Assembly (NCBI GenBank): GCA_963766735.1
Contig: CAVYBU010000017.1
Location: 1-64,000 of the forward strand
DNA from: an uncultured Chloroflexia bacterium
GTDB taxonomy: Bacteria > Chloroflexota > Limnocylindria > Limnocylindrales > CSP1-4
Reading direction: 5' to 3'
Length of the DNA stretch: 64,000 bases
Shown here: piece after piece, positions 1-9,034 of the stretch
Layout: every line of letters begins with the position of its first letter
Position numbering within the stretch: position 1 is the stretch's first letter
The notes under the pieces: generated by a model
The model's input: only the letters and a program-made list of their open reading frames with translations
Database searches by the model: none
Told to the model about the DNA's origin: nothing
Made by a program: the position numbers and the translations under genes

Positions 1-104
1 CCGGAGACCCCGCATCTCGTGCGGATCCGGGAGGAAGTCAAGGGGTTCCCCGCCGCGATTTCACGCACAAAACGACATTCAGCCGTCGGGGTGGAGGGGG
101 AAGG

Positions 105-180
105 TGGAGCGGGAGACGGGGTTCGAACCCGCGACATTCAGCTTGGGAAGCTGACACTCTGCCAACTGAGTTACTCCCGC
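105..180 (-). tRNA. tRNA-Gly (anticodon CCC)
   Basis: Reverse complement GCGGGAGTAACTCAGTTGGCAGAGTGTCAGCTTCCCAAGCTGAATGTCGCGGGTTCGAACCCCGTCTCCCGCTCCA: 76 nt, cloverleaf, GTTCGAA T-loop, encoded CCA; TAGAAT -10-like element upstream. Confidence 0.97.
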
Positions 181-681
181 TCGGGAGGCCCGTATTCTAG
201 CCTGACGCGCACCACGGCTCAACCGCCGCCGTCGCACGGGGATCCCTGCGCGCGGACCAGGCGCGGAACAACCAGCTGGGCGGGGAGCGAGGGGCTGGAA
301 GCCGTGTCCGAGGCGGCGCTGCAGCGGCCTGCTCGAGGGGTGCGCAGGGGCATTACGAGACCCAATTGGCCCATGTGGCCCCGTCCGGATGGGCCATGTG
401 CGCCGGGCGGCCGCGCCCCTAGCATCAGCCAAACGTCCGGCCCTGGAAGGGGGCCAACGCCCCGGCGAAGGTACCGGTCGGGATGTGAAACCTTTCCGGT
501 ATCGGACGACACAGCAGAGTAGGCGATCGGCGCCCTCCGGGAGCGTCCCCGTGGGAGGCCCCGGCCGTCGCCACCGTGGACTGCGAGGCGTCCTGATGTC
601 GCACGCCATTGACGAGCGGAGAACGCCTCCGCGCGCGACCACGCCCGCGATGTCCCCACGCCCGGCGAAGGCCCGCCGCGG

Positions 682-1071
682 ATGATCGGCATCCGGGGAA
701 TGTTCGGCCGCCCGCAGCCCCACGGTGCCGGGCTCGCCACGCCGCCCGGCCAGGTCCCCGGCCCGAACCCGGCCCCCGCCTCCGCTCCCGACGCACGCCT
801 CGCCACGCTCGTCGCGCGTGACGTCCTCAAGCGCCGCGCGATGGTCTCGGCCCGGGTGGTCGCCGATTCGGTCCGCTGCGTGGAGTGCGGGATCTGCTCC
901 TACAACTGCCCGCTGGGCATCGACGTCCGCTCGCATGTCCGCCGCAGCCTCCCGGTCTCGGACAACCGCTGCCTCACGTGCGGTGAGTGCGTCGCCCGCT
1001 GTCCGCGCGGGACGCTCCGCTTCGAGGAGTCGACGGTGTTCGCCGCCGGTCACTCCGCGGAGGGCGAGTGA
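682..1071 (+). CDS. 2x[4Fe-4S] dicluster ferredoxin
   Basis: CVECGICSYNCP and CLTCGECVARCP motifs; start uncertain. Confidence 0.9.
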   Translation: MIGIRGMFGRPQPHGAGLATPPGQVPGPNPAPASAPDARLATLVARDVLKRRAMVSARVVADSVRCVECGICSYNCPLGIDVRSHVRRSLPVSDNRCLTCGECVARCPRGTLRFEESTVFAAGHSAEGE

Positions 1072-1072
1072 C

Positions 1073-2389
1073 ATGCCCACTCGCTACGTCATCGTGGGCA
1101 ACGGCGCCGCCGGTGCGACGGCCGCGATGGCGATCCGACGACACGACGCCGCCGGCGAGATCCAGATCGTGGGTGCCGAGAAGGTCCCGTTCTACTCGCG
1201 CCCCGGCCTGGCCTACCTGCTGACCGGCCAGATCCCCGAAGGGCGACTGTTCTCGCGCCCGGACAGGGAGCTCAGGGAAGCGAACATCAGCCGGACGGTC
1301 GCACAGGTGCAGGCGGTGGACCCGCGGGCGCACCGCCTGGAGCTCGACGACGGCCGGGCCATCCGCTACGACCGCCTGCTGCTGAGCGTCGGCGCCAAGG
1401 CGGTCCGCCCCGAGATCGAGGGTATCGACCTCAACGGCGTGGTGACGCTCGACAGTCTCGAGGACGCGCGCCTGATCCTCAAGCTCGCGAAGAAGGCAAA
1501 GCGGGCGTGCGTGGTCGGCGGCGGGATCACAGCGATCGAGCTTGCGGAAGGCCTGGCCGCGAACGGCGTCAGGACGACCTACCTGATGCGCGGCGATCGC
1601 TACTGGGCGAGCGTTCTCGACCCACGCGAGTCCACCCTGGTCGAGGAGCGCCTGGCCCACGACGGGATCGTGATCCGGCGCAACACCGAGCTGGGCCGGA
1701 TCATCGGGCACAAGGACCGTGTCACCGCGATCGAGTCGAAGGACGGCGAGCGGATCGACTGCGACCTGCTGGCGGTGGCGGTCGGCGTGCAGCCGCGGCT
1801 GGAGCTGGCCCGCCAAGCCGGTCTGGAGACGGGCCGCGGGATCTTCACCGATGACACGTTCGCCACCGGCACGCCCGACGTCTTCGTGGCCGGGGACGCC
1901 GCCGAGGTGCTGGACCCCGCCACGGGCCGCCGCGGCATCGACAGCCTGTGGTCGGTGGCCATCGCGCAGGGGCGGATCGCCGGGGCGAACATGGCCGGTG
2001 CATCGGAACGCTATGGCCGCCCGGCGCCGTTCAACGTGACCAAGATCGGCGGGGTGACGGCGACGCTGATCGGCGCCGTGGGCGCCGGTGGACGGGACGG
2101 AGACCTGGTGGCGCTCGCGCGCGGCGACAGCGGTGCGTGGCGCGAGCAGCTCGACGGCTTCGCGGTGGCTGACGACCGTGGCGCGGACCACCTGCGGCTC
2201 ATCCTGGGCGCGGACCGGATCCTGGGCGCCGTGGTGATGGGCGAGCAGTCGCTCTCACGCCCACTGCTGCACCTGGTGCGGCACAAGGTGGACATCCGGG
2301 ACGTGCGGGACCGGCTGCTGCTGGGCTCGGCGGAGCTCCGGGCCGCGGTCGCGCAGCTGATGGAACGGACCGTTGCCCATGCGGTATAG
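1073..2389 (+). CDS. FAD-dependent NAD(P)H oxidoreductase (NirB N-terminus / rubredoxin reductase-like)
   Basis: VIVGNGAAG FAD fold, second Rossmann VVGGGITAIELA, VFVAGDAA; ATG 1 nt after the ferredoxin stop. Confidence 0.9.
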   Translation: MPTRYVIVGNGAAGATAAMAIRRHDAAGEIQIVGAEKVPFYSRPGLAYLLTGQIPEGRLFSRPDRELREANISRTVAQVQAVDPRAHRLELDDGRAIRYDRLLLSVGAKAVRPEIEGIDLNGVVTLDSLEDARLILKLAKKAKRACVVGGGITAIELAEGLAANGVRTTYLMRGDRYWASVLDPRESTLVEERLAHDGIVIRRNTELGRIIGHKDRVTAIESKDGERIDCDLLAVAVGVQPRLELARQAGLETGRGIFTDDTFATGTPDVFVAGDAAEVLDPATGRRGIDSLWSVAIAQGRIAGANMAGASERYGRPAPFNVTKIGGVTATLIGAVGAGGRDGDLVALARGDSGAWREQLDGFAVADDRGADHLRLILGADRILGAVVMGEQSLSRPLLHLVRHKVDIRDVRDRLLLGSAELRAAVAQLMERTVAHAV

Positions 2390-3044
2390 CGAGCTGCTCT
2401 TTCGGTATGGCGAGCTGCTCGTCGCGGCGGCGCTGGTGGCCGGGCTCACGGCCGCCTACGTGGCGCTGGTGGGGGCGACCGCCGTCCCGGCGGCGGGCAG
2501 CCTGGTCGGCCACATGATGGGCGTCGTCGGGTTCCTGCTGATGCTGTTGACCGAGACCCTGTACTCGCTGCGCAAGCGGGCGATGCGCCGGCCGCGGGGC
2601 AGCATGCGCACGTGGCTCCAGGCCCACATCGTGATGGGCATCGTGGGACCGTACCTCGTCCTCCTGCACGCGGCATGGACGTTCAAGGGCCTGGCCGGGG
2701 TGCTGTCGCTGATGACCGCGCTGGTGGTCGCGTCCGGGTTCATCGGCCGGTACATCTACACGGCGGTGCCCAGGACGGCAGACGGCGTCATCGTCGAGGC
2801 GCAGGAGCTGGAGCTCCAGCTGGCCGCGCTGCGCGCCGCCGCGATCCCGGGAACCAGCCGCGACGAGCACCGGGCGATCGAGCGCCGCATCGGCCGCCTG
2901 GAGCGCCAGATGGGCGCCCTGCGCTGGGAGCGGCGGGTGCTCGCGACGTGGCATGCGATCCACATCCCGCTGGGCATGGCGATGTTCGTGGTGGCGTTCA
3001 CGCACATCGCCGCAACCCTCTACTACGCCACGCTGCTCCGCTGA
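2379..3044 (+). CDS. Integral membrane protein, putative di-heme b (ferric-reductase-like transmembrane domain)
   Basis: About 5 hydrophobic helices; two His pairs spaced H-x13-H (HIVMGIVGPYLVLLH, HIPLGMAMFVVAFTH); overlaps the upstream stop. Heme binding is inferred. Confidence 0.75.
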   Translation: MRYSELLFRYGELLVAAALVAGLTAAYVALVGATAVPAAGSLVGHMMGVVGFLLMLLTETLYSLRKRAMRRPRGSMRTWLQAHIVMGIVGPYLVLLHAAWTFKGLAGVLSLMTALVVASGFIGRYIYTAVPRTADGVIVEAQELELQLAALRAAAIPGTSRDEHRAIERRIGRLERQMGALRWERRVLATWHAIHIPLGMAMFVVAFTHIAATLYYATLLR

Positions 3045-3057
3045 GGGGAGGGGAGCG

Positions 3058-5082
3058 ATGCGCCGTCCGCTGGGCTGCATGACCTTCTCGGGGCTCCTTG
3101 CCGCCATCGTGGCGCTGCTGGCCATCGCGGGCGTGATCGCCCTGAACGGCAACTCCATCTTCAGCCCGGGCGAGCTGAGCTCCGTGACGCAGGCGGATGT
3201 GACGCAGGCGGTCGCGCTGGGCGGGGTCTCCTCGCACGCCGAGCTCGAGGGCCGCTGCGATGCCTGCCACGCCGCCATCTGGTCCGGCCAGGTGATGGGC
3301 GACCGCTGCCTGGCGTGCCACCCGGAGGTCGCGCAGCAGGCGGAGGCCGGCACCGGCCTGCACGGGCGGCTCGACGCGAGCGCCGCCACCTGCCTGCGGT
3401 GCCACACGGAGCACCACGGGGCGACCGCGTCGTCCACGCTCGCGAACCCGGACGTGTTCCCGCACGAGGAGACGGGCTTCGCGCTCACCGCCCACCAGCA
3501 GCCGGCCGTGGCCAGCGCGGTGGGCTGTCGGGAGTGCCACCCGGGGTCGCCCAGGGACTACGCCTCGCCAACCTGCATCGGCTGCCACCAGCAGCTCGAC
3601 CAGGCCGGAATGGCCGAGCACGTCGACACGTACGGTGCGACGTGTCTCAACTGCCACGACGGCAAGGACACGTACGGCAGGTCGTTCCAGCACACGGCGT
3701 ACCCGCTGGTCGGGAAGCACGAGGCTGCGAGCTGCGCGTCCTGCCACCGCGGCTCCACCACCCTTGTCGCCCTGCGCTCGACGTCCACCATATGCGCCAC
3801 GTGCCACCTCAAGGACGACATCCACGAGGGCCGTCTTGGCCAGGCGTGTGCCTCGTGCCACACCCCGGCGGGCTGGGACGGCGCCACTCTGGACCACGCC
3901 ACCCAGACCCGGTTCGCGCTCACCGGCGAGCACGTCGGCGTGGCCTGCGAGTCGTGCCACGTCAACCGGAAGTGGACCGGAATCGGCACGACGTGCGCCG
4001 CCTGCCACGCGAAGGACGACCCGCACGCCGGCCAGTTCAAGGACGACTGCGCGTCGTGCCATGCGTCCACGGGCTGGAAGGACGTGACGTTCGATCATTC
4101 CACGACGTCATTCCCTCTCGAGAAGGCGCACGCCGATGTCGCCTGCGCCTCGTGCCACAAGGCCGGCAGGTTCGCCGGCACGTCCACGACCTGCGCCTCG
4201 TGCCACGCCGCCGATGACGCGCACAAGGGCGCGCTGGGCCGCGACTGCCAGGCCTGCCACCGGGCCACGACCTGGTCCGATGCCTCCTTTGACCATGCCA
4301 GGACGGCCTTCAAGCTCACCGGGGCCCACGGGGGCGTCATGTGCCAGCGGTGCCACACCAGTGCCCCGCCGTCCTCGACGCCGACGTCCTGCGCCTCCTG
4401 CCACGACAAGCCGGCGGCGCACGACAGCCACTTCTCCGGGAACTGCGGGTCGTGCCACACCACGAAGGCCTGGCGGCCCGCCGCCTTCGACCACGCGACG
4501 ACGAAGTACCGCCTGACCGGTGCCCACCTCGGCGTGGCCTGCCAGAAGTGCCACGGGTCAGCGACGAGCTACGCCAGCGCTCCCACGTCGTGCGCGGCCT
4601 GCCACACGAAGCCGGCGTCGCACACGGGCGCCTTCGGGTCGGCCTGCGGTACCTGCCACTCGACGAAACGGTGGCAGCCGGCCACGTTCGACCACAGCAG
4701 GACCGGGTTCAAGCTCACCGGGGCCCACATCGGGATCTCCTGCCAGAAGTGCCACAAGGGATCGACGTTCAAGGGGCTGTCGACGGCCTGCGTGAGCTGC
4801 CACGCCAAGCCCGCGTCGCACCCGAGCTCCTACGGCACCGTGTGCACGAGATGCCACACGACGAAGGCCTGGAAGCCGATCTCCTACAGCGGGCCGCACA
4901 CGTTCCCGGTGAACCACCGCGGTGCGGACGGGACATGCTCAACCTGCCACCCGTCCTCGCTGTCGTCGTACACCTGCAGCAAGTGCCACTCGAACGCCAA
5001 GATGAACGAGCACCACAAGGAGGTCGCGGGCTACTCGCTGACCACCTGCGCGAAGTGCCACCCGACGGGGAAGAACGACTAG
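3058..5082 (+). CDS. Membrane-anchored multiheme cytochrome c, 27 CxxCH motifs
   Basis: N-terminal hydrophobic helix, 27 CxxCH counted by hand, ~62-aa tri-heme repeats; GGAG RBS before ATG 3058. Confidence 0.95.
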   Translation: MRRPLGCMTFSGLLAAIVALLAIAGVIALNGNSIFSPGELSSVTQADVTQAVALGGVSSHAELEGRCDACHAAIWSGQVMGDRCLACHPEVAQQAEAGTGLHGRLDASAATCLRCHTEHHGATASSTLANPDVFPHEETGFALTAHQQPAVASAVGCRECHPGSPRDYASPTCIGCHQQLDQAGMAEHVDTYGATCLNCHDGKDTYGRSFQHTAYPLVGKHEAASCASCHRGSTTLVALRSTSTICATCHLKDDIHEGRLGQACASCHTPAGWDGATLDHATQTRFALTGEHVGVACESCHVNRKWTGIGTTCAACHAKDDPHAGQFKDDCASCHASTGWKDVTFDHSTTSFPLEKAHADVACASCHKAGRFAGTSTTCASCHAADDAHKGALGRDCQACHRATTWSDASFDHARTAFKLTGAHGGVMCQRCHTSAPPSSTPTSCASCHDKPAAHDSHFSGNCGSCHTTKAWRPAAFDHATTKYRLTGAHLGVACQKCHGSATSYASAPTSCAACHTKPASHTGAFGSACGTCHSTKRWQPATFDHSRTGFKLTGAHIGISCQKCHKGSTFKGLSTACVSCHAKPASHPSSYGTVCTRCHTTKAWKPISYSGPHTFPVNHRGADGTCSTCHPSSLSSYTCSKCHSNAKMNEHHKEVAGYSLTTCAKCHPTGKND

Positions 5083-5451
5083 GGGGCGGCGGCCAGGGAG
5101 CTGCGACTAGAGCGCTTGCGGCAAGGGCAGCGCGGATGGCCGGGGCCGATCGTCGTTGGCGGCCACGGCACGGTCTTCGGGGTGGACGAGGGTGTCAAGC
5201 CAGAACGAGACCAGAACCCGAGGGAGCCGTGCGACCGGTCCTCCGGCGCGGTCAGGCTCTGGTTGGGAAGCAGACGCGGTGAACCGGCACGGGTCAAGTG
5301 GGGGAAGGTGGAGCGGACCGCGCGCCCCCCCTCAAACGTGGCGTGCGAGCCCGCTGAAGCGCCCGGCCAGCCCTGCGCCGCGGGCGTCCATACCAGCCGC
5401 CCCCGGTTCCGGCGCTATCGATCCATCCGGCGCGGTGTTAGCCTCCGCGCC

Positions 5452-7257
5452 ATGAGCGCTCAAGACATGCCCCGCTGGGAGCGCCGGCTCCGCGCCCCGA
5501 TCCGCACGTTCCCGGCCTGGGCTCCTGACGCACCCCACCGACTCGCCTTCAGATCGAACGAGGAGGGCTCCAACCAGGTCTACGTGCATGACCTCGAGAC
5601 CGGCTCCACGCGGCGAGCCAGCGACGAAGCGGTCGGCGCGCTCGAGGGCTGGCCCACGGCCGACGGCTCCGGCGTCGTCTGGTTCTCGGATCCCGATGGC
5701 TCCGAGGCCGGGCAGTTCGTGGTCCAGCCGTTCGACGGCGGCCCGGTCACGCCCCTGCTGACGGGGGTACCGACGGGTTGGCCCGGTGGCATCGCACTGG
5801 GTCGCCGGCGCATTGTTGCCGGCATCAGCACCGACGATGGCTTCGGCGTCTACGTGGCCGACGACGGCGCCCCCGCCCGCCGGATCCACCACCACCGCGA
5901 GGCGGTCATGGTCGCCGGGGCCGAGGGCTATGACACGGGGTTCAACCTGGCCGGCCTGTCGGCGGACGAGACGCTGATCGCCCTGGAGCACTCCGAGCAC
6001 GGCGATCTCCTGCACCAGGCGCTGCGCGTCATCGACGCGGCCACGGGCGCCACGGTCGCCGACCTCCGCGACGAGGGCATGACCCTCCAGGCCGCCGCAT
6101 GGTCGCCGATCCCGGGTGACCAGCGGCTGGCGATCGGCCACGAGCGAGAGGGCGAGCTGCGGCCCGCGATCTGGCACGTGGCGACCGGGGTGGTGGAGCC
6201 GATCCGCCTCAACATCCCGGGGATGGTCCACGTCGACGACTGGTGGCCGGACGCGTCGGCGCTGCTGCTCACCCAGCTCCACGACGGGCGGGACCGTCTC
6301 TACCGGCTCGACCTGGCCACGATGGCGCTCGAGCCGATCCCCCACGAGGAGGGGATAACAACGGGCGCTCGGGTGCGCCCGGACGGCTCCGTCTGGTACC
6401 GCCACCAGGCCGGCACATTCCGGCCGAGCCTGCGGACCACCGCCGATCCGACCGTCGACCTCCTGCCGACCCCGGGCGAGCCGCCCCCGGCCGGGCGGCC
6501 GTTCCAGTCCTGGGCATTCGCAAACCAGCACGGCCAGCGCGTCCACGGCTTCTACGTGACGCCCGAGGGCCAGGCGCCCTTCCCCACGATGCTGTTCGTC
6601 CACGGCGGACCAACCTGGATCGATGTGGATCGCTGGAGCCCGGAGGTCCAGGCCTACGCGGACGCCGGCTTCGCGGTGGCGATGGTCAACTACCGCGGGT
6701 CCATCGGCTACGGTCGCGAGTGGCGCGACGCGCTCATCGGCGACATCGGCGGCCCCGAGCTCGAGGACGTCCTGGCGGGGGTGGACAACCTGGTCGCCAG
6801 CGGGATCGCCGACCCGTCACGGCTGGTCGTGGCGGGCTGGTCGTGGGGCGGCTACGTCACCCTGATGATGCTGGGCACCCATCCAGGGCGTTTCAAGGCT
6901 GGCGTGGCCGGGGTGCCGGTCGCCGACTACGTGGCCTCGTACGACGACATGTCGCCGATCCTGCAGGCCTACGACCGCGCCCTCCTGGGCGGCCCGCCGG
7001 CCGAGGTCCCGGATCTCATGCGGCGGCGGAGTCCGATCGAATTCGTCGACGCGGTCACCGAGCCCCTGCTCATCCTCGCCGGGCGCAACGATTCGCGCTG
7101 TCCGATCCGCCAGGTCATGAACTACGTGGACCGGCTGGAGGCGCGCAAGCACCCGTTCGAGCTGTACCTCTACGACACCGGCCACGTCTCGTTCGTCCTC
7201 GACGAGGAAGTCCGCCAGGTGGGCGTCGTCCTCGACTTCCTCGCCCGCACCGTCTGA
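5452..7257 (+). CDS. S9 family (prolyl oligopeptidase / acylaminoacyl) peptidase
   Basis: HGGP, NYRGSIGYG, GWSWGG nucleophile, DSRCP, GH; propeller-like N-terminus. Confidence 0.92.
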   Translation: MSAQDMPRWERRLRAPIRTFPAWAPDAPHRLAFRSNEEGSNQVYVHDLETGSTRRASDEAVGALEGWPTADGSGVVWFSDPDGSEAGQFVVQPFDGGPVTPLLTGVPTGWPGGIALGRRRIVAGISTDDGFGVYVADDGAPARRIHHHREAVMVAGAEGYDTGFNLAGLSADETLIALEHSEHGDLLHQALRVIDAATGATVADLRDEGMTLQAAAWSPIPGDQRLAIGHEREGELRPAIWHVATGVVEPIRLNIPGMVHVDDWWPDASALLLTQLHDGRDRLYRLDLATMALEPIPHEEGITTGARVRPDGSVWYRHQAGTFRPSLRTTADPTVDLLPTPGEPPPAGRPFQSWAFANQHGQRVHGFYVTPEGQAPFPTMLFVHGGPTWIDVDRWSPEVQAYADAGFAVAMVNYRGSIGYGREWRDALIGDIGGPELEDVLAGVDNLVASGIADPSRLVVAGWSWGGYVTLMMLGTHPGRFKAGVAGVPVADYVASYDDMSPILQAYDRALLGGPPAEVPDLMRRRSPIEFVDAVTEPLLILAGRNDSRCPIRQVMNYVDRLEARKHPFELYLYDTGHVSFVLDEEVRQVGVVLDFLARTV

Positions 7258-7294
7258 CGCGCGGGAGCGCAACCGGCCACGACGAGTCGCTGCG

Positions 7295-7549
7295 TCAGCT
7301 TCCCGTGTCCGCGAACCCCTCGAGGGTGACGATCTCGCAGCCCTCGACCTGGGCGACCGCCACGAGGCACGAGGCCACCGTGCGTGTGTCGATGCGGACC
7401 GCGCAGGACCCGCAGTCGCCGGCCTTGCAGCCGGTTGTGGTGCCGGTCAGGCCGAGGTCGTGGTGCAGGACGTCAGCCAGCGGCCGCATCGGGTCGGTAT
7501 CGATCTCCACCCGCCGGCCGTTCAGACCGAACGCGATCCGCTCCATCAT
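7295..7549 (-). pseudogene. Truncated CoxS/CutS-type (2Fe-2S) subunit, N-terminal domain only
   Basis: LGLTGTTTGCKAGDCGSCAV...SCL...IVTLEG then stop; second QCGxC domain absent; no molybdoenzyme partners nearby. Confidence 0.65.
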
Positions 7550-7616
7550 GCGACGCGTGCGCGGCTCGTCATCGACAACCCGGCCACCCTGCCCCCTGAA
7601 GCCTCGTGTCCGGTGC

Positions 7617-8072
7617 CTACGACCTGGGCCGGATGTCGACGCTGAAGTCCAGGTAGGCGCGGAGCATGACGAACGCCTCGCTCCACGTCCGGATCGACTC
7701 CGCCCAGGCGTCCAGGCCACCTTCCTGGTCGAGCTGGAACGGGCCGTCCTCGAGCGTCAGCCGGGTCCCATACCCGGAGGGTGAGAACGTGACCCGGACG
7801 GTGGTGACGACACGCTCGTCGGGGAGCCATGGCCGGCGGAAGGTGAACATGCTGCCGGTCTCCATGTCGACCACTTCCCACCACACGCGGCGGTCGCGCC
7901 AGACGAGCACGGTTCGCGCGTCGTCGGCGAGCGCACCCTCGACGCGGTCCGTGAACCAGCGGGCCAGCTCCTCCGGGTCCGTCCACGCGCGGGAGACGCG
8001 CTCGGGCGGGGCGTTGATCCGCCGGACCATCCGGACGGTTCGCGTGAGCTCGGTCCCGGCAGGCAGCGGCAT
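7617..8072 (-). CDS. SRPBCC/AHSA1-like domain protein
   Basis: RRINAPPERVSRAWTDPEELARWF...GTRLTL; GGAG RBS. Confidence 0.85.
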   Translation of the reverse strand: MPLPAGTELTRTVRMVRRINAPPERVSRAWTDPEELARWFTDRVEGALADDARTVLVWRDRRVWWEVVDMETGSMFTFRRPWLPDERVVTTVRVTFSPSGYGTRLTLEDGPFQLDQEGGLDAWAESIRTWSEAFVMLRAYLDFSVDIRPRS

Positions 8073-8242
8073 GGTCTCATCTCCCAACGACAGGGTCCCT
8101 CGGCTCGCTCCCAGAAGTCGGGCCATCGTTGTGGCCGACAAGGAGTCGGGCCAAGGGTAATCCGCAACGGCCGGCCCCGCACTTGACGGCGGTACCTGCC
8201 GGATCGCTGAGGCCACCCGGGCCACCCGGGATCGCCCGGACC

Positions 8243-8962
8243 TCAGCGCTCGGTCGTCGGGCGCTGCGGTGGCGCAGGGATCGGGTCGTGCGTGGCGACG
8301 TACGTGGGAACCTGGGCGCGGCGGTCCAGGCCCAGCTTCGCCAGGATCGAGCTGACGTAGTTCTTGACGGTCTTGTCCGAGAGGAAGACCGCCGCCGCGA
8401 TCTCGCGGTTCGTCTGGCCGGCCGCGATGAGCGGCAGGATCTCGCGCTCTCGCGCCGTGAGGGTGCTCGCATCGTCCGGGTCCGTCCCGCTCGCGATGCG
8501 CCGGACGCGCTGCATCACCATGCCGGTCACGGCGGTGTCGAACATCGACTCACCGCGTCCAACCGCCTCCAGCGTGCGCACGAGCTGCGCGGACCGCGTC
8601 TGCTTGAGGACGTAGCCGCGAGCGCCGGATGCGATGGCCGCGAACACGTCGAGCTGATCGGGCGAGCTGGTCAGGAACACGACGCGGATGTCCGGGAACT
8701 CGTCTCGCAGCAGCCGGCATGCCTCGATCCCCGAGGCGTCGGGGAGCTGGATGTCGAGCAGCACGATGTCCGGCAGGAACCGCCGCGCCTGGGTGACGGC
8801 ATCGGCGCACGTCCCGGCGTCGGCAACGACCTGGAACTGTCCCCGGCGATCGAGGAAGGAGATCAAGCCCAGGCGGACCACCTCGTGGTCGTCGACGACG
8901 AGGAGTCGCAGGGGCGTAGCGAGCGGGGCTGCGGCGATGGAGGGCTCAGTTGGGTTGGACAT
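8243..8962 (-). CDS. NarL/LuxR-family response regulator (DevR-like); no kinase in window
   Basis: LLVVDDHEVVR, LLDIQLPD, GYVLK, LTAREREIL...TVKNYVSSILAKLG. Confidence 0.93.
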   Translation of the reverse strand: MSNPTEPSIAAAPLATPLRLLVVDDHEVVRLGLISFLDRRGQFQVVADAGTCADAVTQARRFLPDIVLLDIQLPDASGIEACRLLRDEFPDIRVVFLTSSPDQLDVFAAIASGARGYVLKQTRSAQLVRTLEAVGRGESMFDTAVTGMVMQRVRRIASGTDPDDASTLTAREREILPLIAAGQTNREIAAAVFLSDKTVKNYVSSILAKLGLDRRAQVPTYVATHDPIPAPPQRPTTER

Positions 8963-9034
8963 CGGGCAAGGAGCATGCACGCTCCGGCGCCGATCCGCAA
9001 TGGCCGCGCCGCCACTGCGAACCCCCATTGCGCG

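Noticed and set aside
483-500. ATGTGAAACCTTTCCGG as a Rex or CRP box for the redox operon
   Set aside because: Only the left half-site matches; the right half is poor
19-1080. ORFs 19-522 (+) and 79-1080 (-)
   Set aside because: They overlap the tRNA and ferredoxin and have Arg/Pro/Gly-rich shadow-frame composition
3700-4900. Periodic DNA similarity suggesting CRISPR or a tandem array
   Set aside because: Explained by degenerate coding repeats of the cytochrome; no identical repeats with spacers and no cas genes
105-5082. Redox operon as a tRNA-integrated island
   Set aside because: It lies on the 5' side of the tRNA; no duplicated tRNA 3' end or integrase seen
7295-7297. TGA as selenocysteine in the CoxS fragment
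   Set aside because: Not at a Cys position, and the downstream frame does not continue the CoxS pattern
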